From Bugula neritina (lineage: Eukaryota; Animalia; Bryozoa), in the NCBI GenBank assembly GCA_964035545.1, contig OZ037772.1:8983150-9047149 (forward strand): DNA of 64,000 bases, read 5' to 3'. The position numbers were made by a program, and so were the translations under genes. Under the pieces are notes generated by a model that did not search any database, had not been told where the DNA came from, and saw only the letters and a program-made list of their open reading frames with translations. Below, in pieces: positions 49,401 to 62,498 of the stretch (position 1 is the first letter of the stretch; every line of letters begins with the position of its first letter).

Positions 49401-52400
49401 GCAGATTTCGATTTGCTGTTTCACTTACAAGCTTTTCTAGTTTTCCCTAGTACAATATTTTTGTTTTTCTGCCGGAAAATGTTTAGCTGAACTGCCATAT
49501 TTTTATTTTGCCATCTCCACAATCAGAACTAACCATTTTATGGAAGTTTTAGATGAAAAATTTTTTAATGCTCACAAAAGAAGGCTTTTCATTGCTGTCC
49601 ACATATGTGGACATCATGCAACAATTGAAGTGCTAGACGTCCACATATGTGGACAGTATGCAACTAGTAGTGCATTCATTGTTGAATAAAAAGTGATTTT
49701 TACCAACTTTGAGTGTGTTGTTACAGTTTTTAGTCATAATGTTGTTTGCATCGACTTTTTTTAAGAAAATTAATTTTGTTTCTACAAGTTCGAAATGGCT
49801 GGAATTATCAAAACAATAAAATTTGTGGGCTTCCAAAGCAAATTTGGAAGCTGTTTTTTCTATATTATTTAGAAGTGACAAGGAAAGTTAGTTATAAACT
49901 TACTAAACCACCTCTTTACTTTCCATTCACAATTTCTTTGGAATAAAACAAAAATTTGAGAGTTTTACTTGAATCGTCACTAACATTGCTACCTCAAAAA
50001 GAGACATGATGGAAGAAAACTAGATATAAGTGCCATATTGGTAGTACATTGGCAAATATATCATATTTCACACTATCCTGAAAAAGACTACATAAATTCT
50101 CAACCTCAGATGATCTAAAAGAGCATCTAAAAACCAAAAATTGTGACTTTTTTGTGAAATGACCTATATTTTGACTTTGCCTACTAATTTTTGTGTAAAC
50201 AGTGATGCAACTGATAAACTGTTACTATCTCAACACAGTATACACACTTTAAGCACTAAATTTGGAGGGAAACTGAACAATTTACATACTGAACTTTTGC
50301 AGAATTGTTATTTTGTCCACATATGTGGACAATGATATGACTCAATAAATGCATGGCGTCCACATACGTGGACAGTAATTTTTTTTCGACATGTTTTAGA
50401 TGAAAATTAAAAAAAGTTATGAATTTATGTTAAGAGACATGACATCAAATAAATTAGGCAAAAAAATTTGAAAATTTGCTGTTAAACGATAATTCAGGCA
50501 TGAAAGGGTTAATCAATTATTAATCTGAAAAGCGTACTTGATAGAACCTCTTAATTACTAGCATAAAGGTAAGAAAACTCCAAATATTTTAGCTAAAATG
50601 CTAGAAAACACATCAACTACTTAAAACCTTTATACTGCTATTATAAAACAAAACAAAATAAGAAACTAGACATTAATTTTTAAATATTACAGTCAATACA
50701 CATCAAAATAGTGTTGAGTCAATGTTGAAAATCAATGATTTCATGCTCAAGTGCCTGCTATTTGTGCTTTTGTGAAAAAAACTTACAAATAATGAATGTG
50801 TTTTCATAAACATGAAGAAGGTACGTGTGTACTTTGAGACAGCATAATATTATGACAGGATACCACAAATACAAGAAATCTCAATAACTAGAGAGATGTT
50901 ACCAGGAAAACCGTACCAGAACTAAAACTACTAAAAAGACTTTGAAATCCTGACACTAAATTTGGGTCTATATGATGAAAATGGACTCTTTAATCTGGTA
51001 AGTGACTTAGTTTATATTGCGACACAGGAGCAATTATAACTGGGTACTCTTCCTAACATCACCAATGGCTTTTACAAGGATGGCTTTTACAAGGAATTGA
51101 ACCACTGGCCATGTGTTTACTAGGCCTATACTTTAACCCCTATGACCACGACTGCTCCCTTAACCCCTATACTAAATACTCAGTACCAATTTAGAGAGAT
51201 TCTGGATGCCTACCTCACAAGTGCACCCTGGGAATGTCAGCTGCGCTAACAAAGATAGAGTAACTCCACACCTCAATCACTTATTGCAGCTAGTTCACTA
51301 CGAAATATTTATGCTCGTTTTTTCAAGTAAACATAGCATAGGAAATATTATCCTCAGTCTATTAGACCTGTAACCAGTATCTATTTATTGTCTAGGGGGC
51401 ACGACTATTTATAGTTAACTTTGAGTGTATTGAATTATCCTATTAATAATTTATCGTTAAAATCAATGACAATGACAATTATTCATGTTGTAAAAGTGTT
51501 TAGTAAAATATATTCAACACATTGACGTCAATACTGCATACCAGTCTGAATTACTATTTACCTGCAGTAAATATATATTTACCTGCTACGACGTATATTC
51601 CTAGACTATACCAAATATAGACCTAAATATAGATGCACTGTGCAATGTTTCAGTATTCATTTACTCTGCACAAAGTCAGCTAAATTCAGCACACATTTCA
51701 AATCAATAACAAAGATACCCAAGCAGAACCACACTTAGATAAACTCACTTGCAGAGTAACATTTGATAAAGTGAGAGTAGAATTTAGTGCTTTGTGCACT
51801 AAGAATGCTTCCTTAAGAATTGATAGACAATAAGACGAACAAAGTATGCCTTAGAAAATCACAATAACTTTAAAACATACATTAGTTTGTATGTAAAAAA
51901 GCATTCACTCAAACACCTAATGTTCAATTATATAAAATATATATACGTATATGGATACATTATGTGTAATATTTAAGTTTTATCAAGTTTAAGGTTTGAA
52001 ATGCCCATATTGTGACTTCTAAAATAAGGGTTAATGTATAATTACAGTATAATATGACAATCTAATGCTGGAATTTCCAACTTGTTTAGTCTGTGTTCCT
52101 AAAAAATCCTTCTGTAGATTCTCAACTACACCTATGTCTTCTATTGCAAAATCAATGTAGAATAATAAACAGATGTATATCAACCGTGGAAGTAATATTG
52201 CAAATGTACAAAAACTCATCCACATTTCTCTGTTGTTGCGGGTGGGGAGGGAGGGTACCCGAATTCGGCGCTTTTAATCTAAGGCAATGTTAAAAGATTC
52301 AGTCAACCACAACAAAAGCATCTTCAGCCTGTTAGTATTAAAGGCACTAACTTAGGCTAACACTGAGAAAATCACCAGATATTGGAGTAATCTCCCCCTT

Positions 52401-54318
52401 TACAAAAAACATGAAAACAGACAATTGAAACTGAATTTTCTCTCCCTGAATGTATCCATACAATGATTGGATAACTTTCACCGATTGAATGAGCACGAAA
52501 TAAGTGATAGTAATTTTCATACCACTGTGGATGTTTGTTATTGACCATTACAAACACACTACCAGGTTAATTTCAACAATAACTATTATAGTGCTATGAA
52601 TAATATGGCAACGCTCATCACATGACCATCAACAATTTTTGACCTTCAACAAACAAAAATGAAATGTTTTATACTCTTACCTTTTAGAATAAAGACTTTC
52701 CAGATGTTGAACCTCTTCAGTAAAGAGAGAAAGGGTGGATAATGTGAATGAAGGGCTCAAGAGGTTGGGATGAGGAAAAAAGTAGAAATGAAGTGAATTG
52801 AAAATGAAGACAGTAGCCACAGAGAATGGAAGAGAAAATATGCAACAAAAAGCGTAACAATAACTTAGCCAAGGAACTAATTGCTGAAGCAAGGCAGAAG
52901 GGTGCTGTGGTACTCACGCCAATGTTGGCCTCGATCTTACGAGAGGTAATTTCACTCCGAGACCTTGGGTACAGCTTCCTAATGTCAGCGCTATTTAAAT
53001 CCTCATTGGTGGTTGAAGTTTCGTCCATACTCATTTTCTTCTGCATAGATTTCTGAAGGGAGGCTTCTGGCTCCGAAACGCGGCGAAATATCTGAGGTGA
53101 ACTCCGAGCTCCGAGAAACTCGGAGGGTATGGTAGGCATGTCAGTAATAAAGTCTCTACTCTCACTAGTGCAATCAGAGCAGGTATCAACATCAACGCCT
53201 GCATCAGAAGTACGGCCCGTTTTTACACCAGAACTAGGGCGTCTCGTATGACCCTCAGAAATAGACATGGGCTGGTCATCGGAGACATCGACAGGAGATT
53301 TGCGCTGCTGGCTCATGCAAAAATGGTCACACCTAGGCCACGAACTGCGGGAACATTCCATGGAGATTTCACCTGTTGAAGAATTTCCGTTCATCACTAA
53401 ATTGTCACAAGAACTGTAAGCTTTCGAAATATTATCTTGAGTTTCAGAAAAATCGAAGGTTGTCCTGGTGGTGCTGGGGGTTAAAACATATGATGGGCTT
53501 TCTTCACTGATGGTGAAATGCAAGCGTTCATGATTATGAGTATTAGACCTTTCCGTCGGCAGGGCAATGGATGCTCCTAAACCGAGAGGTTTCTGGCTCT
53601 TACGAACTTTTTGTGAGACATGCTTTTCTCGTTTGAATCTCGCAGCCAACGAGTCATTTGACGAAGCAAGTGCTCTTTTCAAACTCTTAGACCCAGGCAT
53701 GTCTTCTTCTAGACTGCACCCACTTACAATATTCGAATTGAAATCTGTCAACTCTAAACGTTTGAGTTCACTTGTCAATAAACCCTGTTGTAAATCTACT
53801 AGAGCTTCAGTTACCAATTCCTCAACTAGTGTCTGAACAAAGAAATCTAGCTGGTCCTCCCAGCACACGTTCTCAACCTGGTACTTATCCAAACACCGAG
53901 AGGTATTTACACCACTAGCGATCTGGTCCCTTATGGACTCACCCTTATTTGTATCTCCTTTAAAACACTCGCTGGACTGAAACGAAGGTTGCGTAGGTGA
54001 ACAGCTTTCACTATCTATCTCCACTGTACTACTAGCTCCAATCTCGCATATTTTGGTACCAGCAGAAACTTGCGTTGCTTTGTCACGTTTATTCTTAGAT
54101 GAGCTGACGTCAACTGGAGGTGTGCTGAATTCCTGCGAAGCACTGGAAACCGAGTTCAAGATACTCTGTGCGTCACTTTTTATGCCGTTTGCCATTTTCT
54201 CACAACTACTAATCACTCTATCAATGGCCGCTAAATGCTGATCAATATCAAGAAATACTTCCAACTCAATATCCAGCCTGGTTCCATCCTCAGTAGAGGC
54301 AAAGAGTCCATTAGACAT
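30185..54318 (-). CDS. RGS3: Regulator of G-protein signalling, R4/RGS3-like; longest predicted isoform about 1013 aa, 7 coding exons
   Basis: Exons (minus) 54318-52918, 48201-47122, 43191-43148, 32466-32437, 31412-31285, 30857-30694, 30379-30185; GT-AG with phases 0,0,2,2,1,0 compatible (3042 nt). RGS box: [38 protein letters not shown]...APREVNLD...[23 protein letters not shown]. Preceding [15 protein letters not shown] resembles the RGS3/R4 amphipathic helix. The RGS-box exons are near certain; upstream linkage is inferred from phase. Symbol indicates closest family resemblance, not proven orthology. Confidence 0.8.
35197..35445. repeat. Minisatellite, about 21-bp unit ggagtgaatgtagtttgattt
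   Basis: About 11 tandem copies visible. Confidence 0.9.
36265..36433 (+). mobile_element. MITE family C copy (about 130-170 bp)
   Basis: TIR gcagtaatggagaaattgaga / tctcaatttctcc..tactgc; further copies at 37682-37810 (+), 40061-40210 (-), 55064-55224 (+), 57772-57940 (-). Confidence 0.75.
37040..37130. repeat. Tandem repeat, about 23-bp unit cacctatccactacatatagaaa x4
   Basis: Direct inspection. Confidence 0.85.
37978..38261 (-). CDS. Alternative first coding exon of the RGS gene (MPVISRRHG...SDR)
   Basis: ATG preceded by in-frame TGA; GC-rich 94-codon ORF; CG|gtgagt phase-2 donor compatible with the 32466 exon. Confidence 0.65.
39372..39752. mobile_element. MITE with about 25-bp TIRs and TAA target duplication (PIF/Harbinger-like)
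   Basis: TAA|gcgtagggccacacggtgcttattt ... aaatacgctccatgtggccctacgc|TAA. Confidence 0.65.
44922..45095 (-). CDS. Alternative first coding exon of the RGS gene ([13 protein letters not shown]...FYSF)
   Basis: GC-rich ORF ending at TTC|gtgagt phase-0 donor, compatible with the 43191 exon. Confidence 0.55.
49232..50508. mobile_element. Non-autonomous piggyBac-type DNA transposon (1277 bp)
   Basis: TTAA (49228-49231) CCCTTTCATGC ... GCATGAAAGGG TTAA (50509-50512); five internal 16-bp GTCCACATATGTGGAC-type palindromes; no transposase ORF. Confidence 0.85.
50999..51158 (-). mobile_element. tRNA-derived SINE family B copy
   Basis: caggagcaattataactgggtactcttcctaacatcaccaatggc is the reverse complement of the family B core. 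Confidence 0.65.
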
Positions 54319-56629
54319 GTCGGATTAGTGAATTAGTAACCCATTTCCTCTACACATGGTCTTTTCCCACCAGATTGACACACTCACTTAAGAGGGAAAA
54401 GATCACAATGTAAGCTGACTTAGTTAAGTGATTTACACTCGATGGGCTGTACAGCACTTGAAAGGATATTCAAGTGAAGGCAGCATTGATTAGCAATTGA
54501 AAAGCAGCAGATATAGGCATGTCAATTAGCACAGTTGGACAATAGATCAATGAGTGGGAGATAAGTGTGCCATTGTTCCTCCTTAAAGAAAGTGCGCTCA
54601 AACCCCGACCATTTATTACCTCGTTTAATAAACTAACTGGAAACTCCTGTAAATTGAGTGAACTAGAACAATAGTCATGAAAAGTTTTAATAAATGAATG
54701 TTTGAGTAGAACTGAATCTCGGATCTCCTAGGATAATCTTGCTACGATAATTAGAAAGTTAGTTCAAGGTACACTACTTTATCATCAACAACTAACGTGG
54801 GATGCTAAATACGCCCATCTTTCAGCTAACTGTGCGCTAACTTTATCACTATGATGTGAGAAAATTGATTAATGCGAGACCCCTAGGGAACCTAATTGCT
54901 GTGGATTACATTTAATAGAGAGTTCCTAGTCAGCGATTTATTTGATTCGTTCATTATACTCTCCAATAGAAAATTCTATCTATTCAAACTACACAATAGA
55001 GTGTGGCAACATCAAAGATTGATATCAAATCTGTGATTTACTGGCTTTGAGGACAATATACGGAGGTAGGTGTAGTAATTGAGAAAAGCCTGCATTCTCG
55101 ATTAGAAATGTAGTATCAGAAGTTATGTCCTCGTAAGAATTTCAAACCACGACTCAAACCAAAACTCAAAAACAAAACTAAATAACTTAGGCTATCTTAA
55201 TCTCTCCACTACTGCTCCTAAATGAATATAGGATGTACTGAAATTAATACTCTATGCTATTGAAGCTAAAATGTGGAGTTACTTTCTCTTTTACGATGCA
55301 AGCTACATCACAGAGTACAAGTGGGTTGAAGTGAAGTAACCGGGTACATTTAAAGCAACATTCAAGTTATTCAATGACACACACTGACCTCCATGACTCG
55401 GAATGATTATTTTCATTTTGAATGAAACTGTAATATATGAGGTAAAGGATGTTTACTTGGAGGTCATCCCAGTAATTACTCAATAAACCCTATTATTGTT
55501 TATTATCATATATTTTATAAATAATATTTTTATTACCCAACACTGCTAGCATTAGTTATCAATGACTCAGAACACACCATTACTATGGCAACATATTTTA
55601 TATTATTTCCACTCTTCCCGTGGATGTTATTTCTTCATTATTTTAACTTATTCTTAAATATTTTAACCAATTGACGGCCCCCATGGTTGGTAGCTTCTTT
55701 AAAAAAGCAATATATTAGATCATCTTACTGCGCAGCAAATTTTCCACTCTGTACACCAACACCTCACGGTAAAATACTGATGATAGTAATGTGCTAGTTT
55801 TGAGCAAACACCCAGTAGGAACAATAGCAATAGTTGAACGAAATTGTGATGCAAATAATTTTGAAAGAGAGAAATATAAACAATAATAAACCAAGTTTGC
55901 TTGTAGTCACAGGCCCTAGAATAGAGTCATAGACAGGCTGTGGGGACGATCTGAAACAGCGCTGATAACATGACTGAAGGGCTAACCGCAGGCACAACCA
56001 GGTGCTATTCCTACTGAAACACAAGTTTTACGCAACTGCCAGCACTTTTGACCACTGGTCTGCATCTATTCCAAGACAACGCCGGATACATGAGATAAAT
56101 ATAGGGGTACATATTACCTGACGAATAGAGGTGCATATTATCTGATAGATAGGCATGGAAAGGGCTGTTGAAATAATTTTTTTCGTAGATTTCATCATCG
56201 TTAGGGTCAAGTAAACATTGAGTGATATGTTGGAACTAACAGATAAGTCAAGCTACAACCAGACATTGGACAGAAAATCTGAAATTTTGAGGATCAATAA
56301 CCTTGTAGGAATTACCCCAAAGAAGCCATTAAAGAATGACAAACATACCTATTTTTAACATTTTAGAGCAAAAACAGAACTCAAACCTTCAGATAACTAG
56401 TATTATGGCCTTAAATAACCGGGTTTTCCCAAAATTTATAAGCCTTGAAATAATACTGTCTACATAAATATACTAGAGCTCAACAGCAATTGTCTTCCCC
56501 TTGAAAGTTTGAGAGAATAATACATGTTGAACCGCTAGAGGTAGCATAGAATGCCAAGAGAAGATAACTAAATACAACTTCATATATACAACTCAGATTT
56601 AACTTCATAAAATAACTTCTAAAACTTAA

Positions 56630-56760
56630 TACCTGCAGAACATAGTATAGTGAAGTGTAATACTTTACCTGCAGAATATAGAAGTGAAGTGTAATATTTT
56701 ACCTGCAGAACATAGTATAGTGAAGTGTAATATTTTACCTGCAGAATATAGAAGTGAAGT
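56630..56760. repeat. Tandem repeat of alternating 36/31-bp units (acctgcagaacatagtatagtgaagtgtaata)
   Basis: Direct inspection. Confidence 0.8.
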
Positions 56761-59700
56761 GGATAAACTAAACCTTCGAGAGGCACTTAGAGTTACTCAA
56801 ACCGACAAACTAACTCAAATGAGGATTATAATTACCTCTCAACCTCTCAACATTATGTCACTGATTGAAATAATTATCTGACAGTTTATTGGACGACAGT
56901 AGGCAGCAGTGACCGAAATGACTCGCAATTAGTAGAAAGTGTTGACTTTACGAAACTTTTCCAATTTCCTACTAAAGGAAAGGAATTTAATAAGTCTATA
57001 TCTAATAGGAAATAACACCAGTTCCTTTTATTTCAAACTCAGTGTTACACGAAATTCAACACTAAGCATGCTAAACGAAAATACACACTGGAAAGCAGAG
57101 GAAAATGAAGTGAATTTAGAATAGTTGGGGTCATCTGCTCATAGGTTAGTATAAAGAAAGAAGACAACTCTAAAGAAACTAGAAAAACACCTGAATTTTA
57201 ATCTTATCTAATATAATTGTGCTAGAATCTTATGAGCTTGTGTGATTACTTAAAGCGTGTTTAATTGCAATGCACATATGTAGCCTGTTTATTTGAGAAT
57301 GATGTTATCCAGCAAAAACTTATTGAGTTTTATAAAGCGTATTATTATTGCTATCAATGACCTCTGTTAGAATGTTATTTAAAGATTAGTTCATTAGAGT
57401 GGGGAGTTCAAAGAGGTGACAAAACTTGACAAATAATCTTCAGTGTTTCGATTTAATGCTTTGATGACTAAAATATTGAAAGATAACTGAATATGTCAGC
57501 ATAAATAATGTATTGCATGTGGATTATTACCTACTTTATGTGGAGACAAATCCAAAGTAACGGTGAACACAAAATTACATTGCTGTATTGGAGCTGAAAT
57601 TTTAGACTAAGAGTAGTCTCCTCTATGACAAATCTTGCAAGGGAGAACTCAGCCTTGCATCATGGGTCATTTAAATTTGATTTAATTTTACCTATAGAAA
57701 CTTACACTAGTTTACAGAATGAAAATTGTCTTCTCATTTCTACAAAATATTATGGAGGGAAGCTATAGATGCATCTAGGAGCAGTAGTGGAGAATTTGAG
57801 ATAGCCATAGTTCTTAAACTTTTTTATTAAACTGTGATTTGGGGCGTGGATTAAAATTCTTGAGAGAACACAACTTCTTTTGCTACATTTCTAATCTAGA
57901 ACACAGGCTTTTTTCAATTTCTCAATTACTGCAACTATCTCGCTATATATGGTACACTACAAATATGGCAATGCTAATCAAAGACAAAATAGCACCAGAG
58001 TATCCATTAAATTTTTGCGTGAGGGCAGCCATTAAAATGACAATGTGATCAGTTTTTGAAAAATAATCATGCTAGTTCGAGTAACGAACACAGAGAAATC
58101 TTATTTTTAGCTTTAGTTAAAAAAATCCACTGTGTAGAATACATTTATTAGCTAAGGAAAATAATTATTTGCAGATGAGCAGTAAGGTTAGGCATTATTT
58201 GGAATTGAAATCATGAGTAAGTATAGAGTTAAGTATGAAAAAGGAAGTGCTGGTGTGCGGGTGTGAAAGTTCAAGGCAATTAGTAATAAAGACAAATAAT
58301 TGTAAGTTTAACTTCATCACATCATTCTCATTTTGACTCTGAGCCGTTCACAAGTATACTACTTGTTTTTCAAATACTGTAATCATAATGATTAATGATA
58401 ATAGTTAATTTAGACACTAAATATTTTTATTTTATGACTCTGACCATAATAACAGTGAAATTACATACATTTCTATTAACGAAAATATTTGTTAATTACG
58501 AAGGCTTATAGATAATTTAATATGCCATGGTGTATTTCTGACTAGAAAATTGTACATTCAAACTTGCATGACTATTTTTAAATTGTTATTGGAATTAGAA
58601 ATGCACCTAATTAAACGGGCTAAGAAGTTTCTCTAGAGTCACGTGACCAGCTGCACCAACTGCCCCCACCAGCTGCGTGCATAACAATAGTATATTAAAC
58701 CGAACCGTTCTATAAGCCGCTAGGAGTTGGAGGTGATTGAACGTAGTAGTTGGAGTTCTTGAGTTTGGAGTTTATTGAAAGTCCCTAACTCCAAACTCTA
58801 GAACCACAAACTACTGTACTCAGTAACCCTCAACTCGGAGCTGCTTATAAAACCATTCTATTAAACCACTTAATGGTAAACAGGGCCTTGCTATTGGTGG
58901 ATACTACTTGGTTTGAGGCCGGTCGGTTGATTCTTTGCGGCCTTCGGCCATATTGGGGAGATATTTGGTATTTGTGACCAAGGCTTTAATTTTCAATTCT
59001 ATTCCAGAATGGTAGTGATAAGTAAAAATTTAAGAGGTATTCAAATTGTGAATTTTAAAGATGTACAGGTAAGTAAAATCTAATTGTTTTAATTATTTGA
59101 TTTTAAATAAGAATTGTTTTCCCAGTAATTCACCAGTTAAAATAACACAAAGGTTAAGGAAAGGTCACACTCTATAATATGGCAATTCAAACTATAAAGT
59201 GTTTTAAAAATTTCTGAAAACCCCCACGGTAACAAAAGGACTTGACTATTAGTAAGACTGAAAAGGGTTCAGTATTGTTAAGAATGATTTTTTAAAAAAA
59301 GAATGAATGCCTCTTGGAAGGTCACGACCTCTTTTACTAAGACTCAGAAGCTTCAGGCAATTACATTCATGCAGTATTGAAATATCAAGAAATATCTTGG
59401 CTGTCAACTAAGTACAAATTCGAAGTTGTATGCCCCACATATATGGCTATACTGTATATTTGTACTCGTACATGGATGTCTTCAATTAATTTGTAAGCAT
59501 TTGGTTTAAGGAGCATTATTGGAATAATACTGATTATTGATAACTTTTCACATGTCATTCTTAGCTACTGCAATACACAGAATAACCACTGAGATAGTCT
59601 AAAAGTTTGAAACACAGGCTATGCCCACTGTCAAGTGAAAACAAAATAAAAAAGCTTTCCTGCTATAAATATATTAAATAAAATACTAAACACCAGAACA

Positions 59701-61536
59701 GTAAAATAGGCTATTCCCAACAAAACAGTAATAATTTATAATGCAACTTGACATTTAAACAAAACATTTACATTGTTATAATTCACAGTTGTATTAAAAT
59801 ATTATAAAATAATATAACAACGACTATAGTGAACTTTCACCCCTAAGCATAAACTTGAGCTGCATTAAACTCAAATTTAATTATATTTATTTATTTAATT
59901 ATTTTTTTAATTATATTATATAAATATGGCCTATTATATAATAATTAAAGTTCTTCTTAATATCAATATGACAAACCTCATTCTTAACTGTAATTAAGTT
60001 GACAATAAAATAATATCTTCATGAAAATGAAACTAAAACAAGATTGTATTAATTTAATCCAAGTTTGATTCAAATTAAATTCATCAGTACATTTATATAT
60101 ATTAAAAATAATTAATTTACTATTATCTATATGCTTTTCTTCCACACGAAACAATTTGATGGAATGATATTGGCTGCAGAAGGAAAACCAATTTATAGAG
60201 TTTACTATTTACTGGTTTTGATTACTTTACAAGTCGTTATTAAATAAGTTACTACACAACCAATGATAGAAATTATAAACTTAATAATAATATTATATTC
60301 CAAATATACCCCTGAATCCTATAGAACAGATCGCAAAATGGTGTTTATGAGAAATTCGATAAAGTAACAAAAATCAAATTTGTATTTCTGAGGAACATTA
60401 AAATAATTTGTATTGTACTCACTTGCCCAAACTGCAAAGTTTAACATTATTTGCATATTGTTTATCAGTAAACCCTTTCAAACTTGGTTATTTTATTCTG
60501 GTTTTATTTCAAACATACATGAAGTGCTGCAGAGAAATTCTAAACTATGGAGGTGGGCGTGGAGTTGCCGACCCGATATCTTGAGTTTTAGCGGGAGTTC
60601 AAAGCAGCAACCACCCTAACAAAAAATTTATAAACTGAATTATAAACTTAAGCTAAAAAGAGTTGTGTTTTGTAATGGCCATACCATACCAGCATTTTGT
60701 TTTATAATAAGAATTATTTATTTGGGGAAAACTTGGCAAAAACACTAAAAGAAGATATTAAAAAAATTCTACCAACATTTGTGTCAATAAAACCATACTT
60801 ACCCATTAGCACTGAGCTGACAGATAAATTAGTAGCAAGAATTAATGCTAGCAAAGTCTGAGCCCACGAATGGGCTGCATTTGCCAAGACCAACTGAGAA
60901 TGTAAATGTGTAAGGATTGATTTTATAGAATAGGCACATATGGTTTTATCGAATGCTAAAAATAACACGTGGTATAAAATGGTTGTTTCTAAATAAGATG
61001 TCCAATGATAAACTTTCTCAGTTATACACATAGTGGGGATAACCCTACAATTGAACGACAGAGGGCTAACATAATCTTGAATTTAAATCAACTTGAATAT
61101 GGCAATGCACAATACCCTAACTATATGCTACACACTATGTATCACATACTATTGGTACATATGCAGATCCTAAAAAAATTATAATATCAACCAGTTTCAA
61201 ATGTGTTCAAATTTAAATAAAATTTGCAACTCAAAAAATGTTTTTCTAACATTTATTTTTTCGGTTAAAAATGAAGTAGTGTTATAGTTACAAACATCAC
61301 TTGACCTCCCAGTTACTATAAGATGAAACCCTTTATCTACACTTATATTATCAGCTGCAAAAATAGAAAAAAAAGTAGCAAAACTTGCTTAATACTAAAA
61401 CTAGTTGAAACTAGGAATTTTACAATGCGTATAAGCTCATAAGCCAGTCTCAGTTAACGACACAAATTATGGACAGTTGAAAAGCTTATTGGTGCTAAAC
61501 TATGCGTTTTGCAACATTATTGATAGCGAAATCAGA

Positions 61537-62467
61537 GTGGCATATATTAGGAGTGTTGACATTAGGTAATCTTACGAAATCATATGGGCGCCATTATGCC
61601 GAGATTGGTACCGTGAGTTTATATAAGTTATAAAGGAAAAATTTTGTCACTTTTGTTATTTTATTTTTTTTCTATTTTATGTGTACATTTTTTTAGTTTT
61701 GTTTATTGGTAAAGTTTTTAAACACATTTTTTATGCACATAAAATTTTTAAAAAAATTAAAACTCAATCATGCACGTAAATACAAAGCTATAAAGTTGAA
61801 GCTTAGCTGTGATTACAATGTGAATATGAATTGAATAATGCTTGCAATAACCATTCTACACAAAATACGTTACAGTTGCTATAAATGTAAGACTAGTAAA
61901 CTGGATGCAAATAGGCACGGTAATACTACTTAAGTTATGCTATTTTTGAAATTTGTAGTAAATATTTGGCATGTATATATATATAATATATAATATATTA
62001 TGTATTATTATATTATATTATATATATATATATATTATAATAATATATTATACATTAATATAATATATATTATATATATATAATGTCATATATAATATAT
62101 ATATATATATTATAATAATACATTATATATGATATTATTATATATATATAATATATATAATATAATATATAATATAATAATATATTATATATATAATATA
62201 TATAATATAATATTATAATATATATATATATTATATATGATATTATTATATATATATATAATATATATATATAATATAATATTATAATATATATATATAT
62301 ATTATATATGATATTATTATATATATATAATATATATTATATTAATGTATAATATATTATTATAATATATATATATATATAATATAATATATAATATAAT
62401 AATACATAATATATTATTATAATATATATATATAATATAATATAATAATACATAATATATTATTATA

Positions 62468-62498
<31 letters not shown>

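Noticed and set aside
47178-54241. Plus-strand ORFs overlapping the large RGS exons
   Set aside because: Antisense shadows of GC-richer coding exons.
58946-58960. ggccttcggcc tetraloop hairpin as a Helitron/Helentron end
   Set aside because: No matching termini or second copy found in the window.
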